64,000 nucleotides of DNA from Patescibacteria group bacterium (GTDB lineage: Bacteria > Patescibacteriota > Patescibacteriia > SG8-24 > DYFX01): the NCBI GenBank assembly GCA_038062835.1, contig JBBTWH010000009.1, positions 8,257-72,256 of the forward strand, written 5' to 3'. This document shows, in pieces, positions 57,851 to 64,000 of the stretch; position 1 is the stretch's first letter; every line of letters starts with the position of its first letter. The translations under genes and the position numbers were made by a program. A model generated the notes under the pieces. The model searched no databases and was not told the DNA's origin. It saw only the letters and a list, made by a program, of their open reading frames with translations.

Positions 57851-57877
57851 TTGTTCACGATCGTGAAGATTCAACGT
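57844..57877. repeat. 34-bp palindromic site, copy 2
   Basis: gCGTCAtttgTTCACGATCGTGAAgattcaACGT; same 14-bp core and same flank spacing as copy 1; overlaps the start codon. Confidence 0.8.
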
Positions 57878-57959
57878 CGTATCGCGTGAGCACTACAGAA
57901 GTCGGCCTGCGGATGTCAATCCCATGCATGAAAAAAGACCCCCCAGCGAGGCTGGGAGG

Positions 57960-60900
57960 TCAGTCGAAGGCTCCTGCGCCGAAGTCGGCTGAGGGAGCGG
58001 TGAGGTAGGCGTCGGGCATCTTGCCGCGCTGGAACGGGAGGAGGACAGGAGTCCCCTCGCGCCGCTCGCCTTGATCGACGAGCGTGACGTCGTCCGGAAT
58101 CGGAAAGTCGCGCGCCGGTGCGGCATCCGTGACCGGATACGCCGCTTCCATGAATCCCTCCCAGATGGGCAGGGCGACGGAGCCGCCGGTGGCTTCCTTG
58201 GCGATCGGATCCGGAGTCATGCGCCCGACCCAGACGCCCACGGCCAGGTCGGCCGTGCCGCCCATGAACCAGACGTCGCGGAAGCTGTTGGTCGTGCCGG
58301 TCTTGCCGGCGACCGGACGGCGCAGGCGTTTGGCGCGCGTGCCGGTGCCGAACTCGACGACGCCCTTCATCAGGTGCGTCATGGCGTAGGCGTCCCCCGA
58401 TGGGACGGCCTGCCACGACGGCTGGACCTTGGACTCGTACAGGACGTTCTCCTCGATCGTGCCGTCCGGACGGCGGCGGCGTTCGCTTACCTTGGTGACG
58501 AAGAGCCCCGGGGCGCCGCTGGAGTGCTGGACCGGCAGCGCCTTTCCGTTGGCGAGGATCGCGGCGTACCCGGCGGTGTGCTCGAGGAGCGTGAGCTCCG
58601 GAGAGCCGACCGCGATCGGGAAGACGCGTTCGATCTTCGACTTGACCCCGAGCGCGCGGATCGTGCCGAGGGCCTGGTCGAGGCCGACTTCGACGAGAAG
58701 TCGGACGGAGACCGAGTTCAGCGACTTCGCCAGCGCCGTCATGAGATCGACGTTGCCGTAGTAGGCGCGGAAGCCCGGCTTGTGGTTGTCGTAGTTCGTC
58801 GGGCACCAGAGGCCGGAGGCCGTCTGGATGCAGACCGGCTTATCGTCGACCCTCGAGACCACCGTCTCGCCCTTCATCAGGGCCGAGAGGTAGATGTAGG
58901 GCTTGATCGACGAGCCGGTCTGGCGGCGCGACTGCGTGGCGATGTCGAACTGGATCTCGCTCCAGTCGTAGCCGCCGACGATGGCGACGATCTCGCCGGT
59001 CGACGGTTCGATGGCCACGAGCCCGGCTTGCAGGGCCTGGTGCTGAGCGTCGCCCTTTGCGTCCGGTCCGCCGGTGCGCCTGGCAGTCAGCGCGTAGCGC
59101 GCGTCCCGGCCTTCGTCGTCCTTGCGGGTCTCGACGCGCACGGTCATGAAGTCTCCGATGCGGACCGAACGCCCCGGCTTGGCGCTTTCCCAGCTCCCGA
59201 CGCGTTTGACGTCGTCCGGGTCGAGCTGGAAGCGGTTGCCGCGGACGCAGAGCGTGAGAGATCCCTTATCGCGCGCGACGACGCGGGCGTTGGGTTCGAT
59301 GGCGTTGTCGGCCACCCATTCGGCGGGAGGATCGCAGCGGTCGCCCGCCGCTTCGTCGCGCCCTTCCGGGCCGGCGAAGCCGAGACGCCGTTCGAGATCG
59401 AGTAAGCCGTAGCGGACGGCCGCCTGCGCCTTCTCCTGGAGGTCCAGGTCGAAGGTCGTGCGGATCAGCAGCCCGCGCTTATAGACCGCGTCATAGCCGT
59501 AAGTCTTCTCGGCAAAGCGCCGGACTTCCTCGCAGGCGTACGGAGCGGCCGTCGCGTTCAGCTGATGTGACTGGCGGATGATGACGATATCTTCGGCGAC
59601 GGCGGCGTCGTGATCGACGCGCGTGATGGAACCGAGTTCCCACATGCGTCCGAGCACGTAGCGCTGCCGCATCTTGGCGCGATCGAAGTGTCCGTCCGGA
59701 GAATCGATGGCGGGCGCCTTCGGAAGGCCCGCCAGGATGGCGGCTTCCGCCAGCGAAAGGTCCTTGGCGCTTTTGCCGAAGTAGCCTTGCGAGGCCGCTT
59801 CGACGCCGTAGAGACCTTTGCCGAGGTAGACGTGGTTCAGGTAGACCTCGAGGATCTGTTCCTTCGCCCCGCGCCGCCCATACTTGGCGGCCATCTGCTT
59901 CTCGAGCCGCACGGCCAGCAGGATCTCGGAGATCTTGCGTTCGTAGCTCTTGCTCGAGTCTTTCAGGATGATCTGCTTGATCATCTGCTGGTCGAGGGTC
60001 GACGCCCCCTGGCTCGTGCCGTCGGTGAAGTTGGACTTCGCCGCGCGCGCGATGCCGATAGGGTCGACGCCGTCGTGTTCCCAGAACCGCTGGTCCTCGG
60101 CGCCGATGAAGGCGTCGCGGACGTGCACGGGGATTTCGGACAGCGGGACGTAGATGCGGTTCTCGAGCGTGAACGCGCACATCCGGCGTCCTTTGCGGTC
60201 TAGGGCGACCGTCGAGACGACCGGCTGGTAAGCGGACACGCCGGAGAGATCCTGGGTCTTGCCGGCGATGAAATCCTCGGCCATGCCCGAAAGCGCGGCG
60301 ACGGAGATCATCGTGACGGAGGCGAGGCCGGTCCAGAATGTCCGCGTGAACGTGAAGCGCTCCCCCGCTTCGGCCTGGCGGCCGTCCGGAAGGACGACCG
60401 TGATCGTCTTGCGCACGCGTTCCACGCTGTAGAACGGCTTCCGCTGGAAGATCCGGCGGGACTGTTCCTGGCGCGCCGTCGACGGCCTCGTGACCGTGAA
60501 GATCCAGCGGGGCGGGGCGCGGCGCAGGTACGGCTGGCCGGCCAAGATCGCGGCGACGGTGAAGACCGTCGGAGCGATACAGGCGAGCGGGATGCGCACG
60601 TCATCGAGAAAGCCCCACGGCGCGGAGATCCAGTTGCCGCCGAGCCACTTCTCGACCGCGGCATAGAGCCACAGGTCGATGAACGCGACGCCGGCGATCC
60701 AGGCTGACGCGCGGACCCATGCTATGGGCCGGTTCCATTCCGGAGGCATCCGCATGCGCTGTCGCAGCAGGAACTCCTCCGTCTTGAATGAGGCGCCAGC
60801 GACACTGAGCGCCGCGGCGAGCGCCGCGGCCCCGACCGCTTCGCAGGCGAGTCCAAGCCAGGCGTAATCGCCCGACCACTTGACGTTCGCGTACGCGAGC

Positions 60901-61190
60901 GCGCCGCTGGCGGTGACGCCAGCCGACCAGGCCAGCGCGCGGAAAGCGCGGAACTTCCATAGGAAGCGGGACGCGCTGGCGACGAGCCAGGCCGCGAGCC
61001 GATAGATCCTCCAGCACGCCAAAACGGCGGGCACCGAAGCGGTCGCGAGCGCGCCGGCCAGGAAGAATCCCGCGCCGAGGTTGCTGGCGACCGAGAAGGT
61101 CGCCGTGAGCATTGATGCGACCAGGACCCATAGGATGAGTACCCGGATGGCGAGCGACGTCTCTTCGACGAACCTTTTGAGCTTCTTCAT
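57960..61190 (-). CDS. mrcA: Class A penicillin-binding protein (PBP1A) with a long multi-TM N-terminal extension
   Basis: AEDQRFWEHDGVD, GASTLDQQ, RKISE, ILEVYLN, GSSIK (SxxK), SLN, GKTGTTN. Confidence 0.85.
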   Translation of the reverse strand: MKKLKRFVEETSLAIRVLILWVLVASMLTATFSVASNLGAGFFLAGALATASVPAVLACWRIYRLAAWLVASASRFLWKFRAFRALAWSAGVTASGALAYANVKWSGDYAWLGLACEAVGAAALAAALSVAGASFKTEEFLLRQRMRMPPEWNRPIAWVRASAWIAGVAFIDLWLYAAVEKWLGGNWISAPWGFLDDVRIPLACIAPTVFTVAAILAGQPYLRRAPPRWIFTVTRPSTARQEQSRRIFQRKPFYSVERVRKTITVVLPDGRQAEAGERFTFTRTFWTGLASVTMISVAALSGMAEDFIAGKTQDLSGVSAYQPVVSTVALDRKGRRMCAFTLENRIYVPLSEIPVHVRDAFIGAEDQRFWEHDGVDPIGIARAAKSNFTDGTSQGASTLDQQMIKQIILKDSSKSYERKISEILLAVRLEKQMAAKYGRRGAKEQILEVYLNHVYLGKGLYGVEAASQGYFGKSAKDLSLAEAAILAGLPKAPAIDSPDGHFDRAKMRQRYVLGRMWELGSITRVDHDAAVAEDIVIIRQSHQLNATAAPYACEEVRRFAEKTYGYDAVYKRGLLIRTTFDLDLQEKAQAAVRYGLLDLERRLGFAGPEGRDEAAGDRCDPPAEWVADNAIEPNARVVARDKGSLTLCVRGNRFQLDPDDVKRVGSWESAKPGRSVRIGDFMTVRVETRKDDEGRDARYALTARRTGGPDAKGDAQHQALQAGLVAIEPSTGEIVAIVGGYDWSEIQFDIATQSRRQTGSSIKPYIYLSALMKGETVVSRVDDKPVCIQTASGLWCPTNYDNHKPGFRAYYGNVDLMTALAKSLNSVSVRLLVEVGLDQALGTIRALGVKSKIERVFPIAVGSPELTLLEHTAGYAAILANGKALPVQHSSGAPGLFVTKVSERRRRPDGTIEENVLYESKVQPSWQAVPSGDAYAMTHLMKGVVEFGTGTRAKRLRRPVAGKTGTTNSFRDVWFMGGTADLAVGVWVGRMTPDPIAKEATGGSVALPIWEGFMEAAYPVTDAAPARDFPIPDDVTLVDQGERREGTPVLLPFQRGKMPDAYLTAPSADFGAGAFD

Positions 61191-61264
61191 GATGTTCGCT
61201 TCCCCCGTCGAAATTGTGCAAAGACCTTGTTTTTCAGGGTCCTTGTGGATCTGAAAACACCATC

Positions 61265-61293
61265 GGTATACGCCAAACCGGCCTTTTTGTCAA
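61265..61293 (-). promoter_or_regulatory. Putative sigma70 promoter
   Basis: Minus strand TTGACA-17 nt-TATACC. Confidence 0.5.
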
Positions 61294-61323
61294 TGAAAAG
61301 ACCCTGCACGGTATGGTGCAGGG

Positions 61324-63540
61324 TCAGAGATCATGCTGGATGACGATGTTCAAACCTTCGTGGAACCAGGTATTCCGCAATGGCGTGCCCAGCTTGCCGC
61401 ATTCTTCCGCGCGCTCCTTGGTGGGAAGGCAAAAGGCATGGTCGCCGAGCGTCGTGGCGTAGGTCTGGAGCTTGCCGGGCTCGATCGTCGGCTCGAACGG
61501 CTTGCCGTCAAGCACGAGCACGTAGTCGCGGCGCCCATTGTTCTCTATCGAGAACTTCACGACGCGGCGGGCGTCCGTCGGAACGACCGGCGATATGCCG
61601 GACATGTCCCTGGGCTTCGGCTCCGGCATGGTCACGACGCGCTTCAGGTTGCGTTCCCTGATAGCGTCGATCGAGGCGACGGGCGTCTCGGAAGGAGAGA
61701 CGCTGCAGCCATGCTTCGCGAGCAACGGCTTCAGTTCCTCGTATCCCGTCCGCATCTCGCGCAGGTCCCGGAGCGCGATGCCTTCATAGCGCAGGAGATC
61801 TTCCGCGAGCGCGAGCTCGTCCGGCGTCAACGCCTCGCCTTCGCCGTTCTTGAGCGAGGCGCGCAGGACACGGACGCCCTGCTGCAGATCGGCGCCGTAA
61901 GCGGCGTATGCCCGGCCATTCTCCCGGGCGAGCAGGTAGGCCGATCCGGCACGTCCCGGCTCGCAGGCGGCCTTCTTGTTCCACGAAAGGTCCCAGACGC
62001 CGTCGCTGACGGCGAGCTGGAATTCCGCGCGGAGACGTTCCATGTCGTCGCGGCCGGTACCGACGGCGCGGACGCTCGACACGAGAGCGAGACCGAAGAC
62101 GATCTCCTGTCCGCTCCAGCGGGCGTCCTTCGGCGCGAGCGCCTTCGCTTCCGCGTAGGCCTGCGCGGCATCGTCCTTGCGGCCGAGTCCGAGCAGGAGG
62201 TCGGCGCGGAACTTACGCAGGCGCGGCTCCGTCTTGAAACGAGGTTCGGCCATGGCATATGCGTCGATCGCGGCTTCTTCCTTGCCGGCGGCCCGGAGGC
62301 AGGCGGCGAGAAGGAAGACGGCGTCGATGTCATCGGGTTCGCCGTCGACGACGACGGCGAGTTCCTTGGCGGCGTCCGCGTAGCGGCGCTGTCCGGCGTA
62401 TAGTCCGGCCAGCGCCCGATGAGCGTCGAACTTCGCCGGATCCAGCTCGCGACTGCGTTCGTAGCGCGCGATGGCCTCGGCGACATCGCCGAGTTTCGCG
62501 TGCGCTTCTCCGAGCCAGAAGTGGATGACGGCGTCGTCGGGCCGAAGCGCGACGGCGGCGCTGAGCGCTGAGCGCCCCGCGTCGTACTGCCCTTCGGCTA
62601 TCTCGACGCGGCCGAGCGCGACGAGCGCGCGGACGTCGCCGGGATCGCGGGCGAGGGCTTCGCCGAACTGCTTGCGCGCCGCGATGGCCATGCCTCGCTG
62701 CCAGAGCAGCCAGGCATAGAGCCTGAGGCCGATCTGATAGTCGGGATAGATGCGGACGGCGGATTCGGCTTTCTTGAGAGCGATCTTCATCCCCTCCTCG
62801 TCGGAGTCCGACTCGGACCCCGATCCGTGGCTGAGCAGCAGTTCGCGGTATGCCTCTGAGAGGCGGATGAACGCGACGATGTCCGGCGTCTGCGGAGTGG
62901 AGAGAGCCTTGACGGCCTCGTCCGGAAGGACAATGCCGCCCTCGGCGAACACGGACGCCGCGAGCGTGCCGAACATGGCATGAATGGCCGGCGATTGGAC
63001 GCCGGCGCGCTCAGGCTTGGGCACGTCCTTGGACCACGCGAATATCTTCCGCGTCTCCTCGCGCGTGCCGACCGCGATCAGCGCGTCCGGACCAACCTCG
63101 TACAGCTCGACGGCCAGCGACCACTCCTCGACGCGGCCGCCGTAGCTGCCGGTCAGGACATGGGTCGCTCCGGCGCGCTTCGCTTCCGCATGGACCGCGG
63201 CGGCGTCGACCGCTGCGCGTCGCTCGGCGCGAAGCCGCGCGGCTTCCGCCGGATAGGCGTGCGGTCCGACGACCGCCTCGACCTTCAGGCCCTTGGCGGG
63301 ATCGAGCGAGCGCGATAGCTCCTCGAAGCGCGCCGTAGCGAAAACCGCGAGCCCTATCGAGACGTAGGCCGTCTCGTCATGGGAATTGCGGTCCTGGAAC
63401 GGCACGACCAGCACGCGAACGGTCCGCGGCGGCGAGGCTTCGACCTTGGGCTTCTCGGCAGGGACGCTTTTGGAATCGTCCGAACCGCAGGCCGCGAGGG
63501 CGAATACGAGCGGAATCAAGCTTAAAAAGGACTTGAGCAT
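61324..63540 (-). CDS. TPR-repeat lipoprotein with TolB-N/FlgO-like N-terminal domain
   Basis: Lipobox LAAC; VLVVPFQD...ATHVLTGSY; about 7 TPR repeats (ALARDPGD, ALRPDD, ELDPAK). Confidence 0.8.
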   Translation of the reverse strand: MLKSFLSLIPLVFALAACGSDDSKSVPAEKPKVEASPPRTVRVLVVPFQDRNSHDETAYVSIGLAVFATARFEELSRSLDPAKGLKVEAVVGPHAYPAEAARLRAERRAAVDAAAVHAEAKRAGATHVLTGSYGGRVEEWSLAVELYEVGPDALIAVGTREETRKIFAWSKDVPKPERAGVQSPAIHAMFGTLAASVFAEGGIVLPDEAVKALSTPQTPDIVAFIRLSEAYRELLLSHGSGSESDSDEEGMKIALKKAESAVRIYPDYQIGLRLYAWLLWQRGMAIAARKQFGEALARDPGDVRALVALGRVEIAEGQYDAGRSALSAAVALRPDDAVIHFWLGEAHAKLGDVAEAIARYERSRELDPAKFDAHRALAGLYAGQRRYADAAKELAVVVDGEPDDIDAVFLLAACLRAAGKEEAAIDAYAMAEPRFKTEPRLRKFRADLLLGLGRKDDAAQAYAEAKALAPKDARWSGQEIVFGLALVSSVRAVGTGRDDMERLRAEFQLAVSDGVWDLSWNKKAACEPGRAGSAYLLARENGRAYAAYGADLQQGVRVLRASLKNGEGEALTPDELALAEDLLRYEGIALRDLREMRTGYEELKPLLAKHGCSVSPSETPVASIDAIRERNLKRVVTMPEPKPRDMSGISPVVPTDARRVVKFSIENNGRRDYVLVLDGKPFEPTIEPGKLQTYATTLGDHAFCLPTKERAEECGKLGTPLRNTWFHEGLNIVIQHDL

Positions 63541-63558
63541 GGATCTCCTCCCAGCGAA

Positions 63559-63587
63559 GGTCTACTCCGAAAACCGGTTCTTGTCAA
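63559..63587 (-). promoter_or_regulatory. Putative sigma70 promoter
   Basis: Minus strand TTGACA-17 nt-TAGACC. Confidence 0.45.
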
Positions 63588-63614
63588 TGAAAAAATCCCC
63601 TTCCGCTTGCAGCT

Positions 63615-63989
63615 TCAGGGGATGGATTCGCGGTCGTCGAGATCGATGACAGCGTGGGTACGGGCGCAGAGCGTCAGGGCACCGGCCTCGTTGCCATCGA
63701 ACACGGAGCCGAGGATGCGCGCGAAATGCACGCTTTCGCCGACGAACTGGATGTGACCGACAAGGTCACCGTCGTCATCGCGCCAGAGGAACTCGCGCAA
63801 GACGCGGCCCGGCTTGATGGCACCGTCAGTCATATGCCGCTCCGTGAGGTCGCAGGCGTCCAGGACGGCGCAGGCCTCATCGAATGAGACGGCGCGCGAC
63901 AGCTTACGATGACGCTTCCAGTCGTTCTGAAGCGCCGTCCGAAGCAGTTCTTCCGTCTCCGGATCGAGCTGGCCGCTCAGCCGCCGCAT
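63615..63989 (-). CDS. Hypothetical protein; may start beyond the window edge
   Basis: ORF followed by a hairpin plus T-run on the minus strand; no motif recognised. Confidence 0.45.
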   Translation of the reverse strand: MRRLSGQLDPETEELLRTALQNDWKRHRKLSRAVSFDEACAVLDACDLTERHMTDGAIKPGRVLREFLWRDDDGDLVGHIQFVGESVHFARILGSVFDGNEAGALTLCARTHAVIDLDDRESIP

Positions 63990-64000
63990 GAGGACGATGG

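Noticed and set aside
57299-57877. CRISPR-Cas interpretation of the Cas2-like gene and palindromes
   Set aside because: Only two repeats about 510 bp apart, no spacers and no cas1 or effector genes; the protein fits the PaaX-like family.

Overview
High-GC bacterial chromosomal segment using the standard code (TGA = stop). Gene content and style suggest a Patescibacteria/CPR (Parcubacteria, Uhrbacteria-like) genome; this is inferred from family resemblance, not from a search. Housekeeping genes are cysS, an hrcA-grpE-hsp20-dnaK-dnaJ heat-shock cluster with a CIRCE operator, a P-type ATPase, yidC, dusB, murF, an FtsI-like PBP, rarA, PBP1A, tRNA-Glu(CTC) and tRNA-Pro(CGG). A long minus-strand block of two-component genes runs into a type IV pilus operon that includes a 1405-aa propeller-bearing pilin. 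Most notable: (1) a decayed diversity-generating retroelement at about 56.2-57.1 kb, with an intact C-type-lectin-like target, a VR-like 3' end, hairpins and only the last ~35 codons of an RT; (2) next to it, a PaaX/Cas2-like gene exactly bracketed by two 34-bp palindromic sites; (3) two families of short palindromic repeats, one flanking a GIY-YIG nuclease in inverted orientation and one with a copy translated in frame inside GrpE; (4) a 165-bp multibranch inverted-repeat element; (5) a secreted tail-fibre-like adhesin with a peptidase S74 chaperone domain. All family calls come from motif recognition by eye; no database searches were run.
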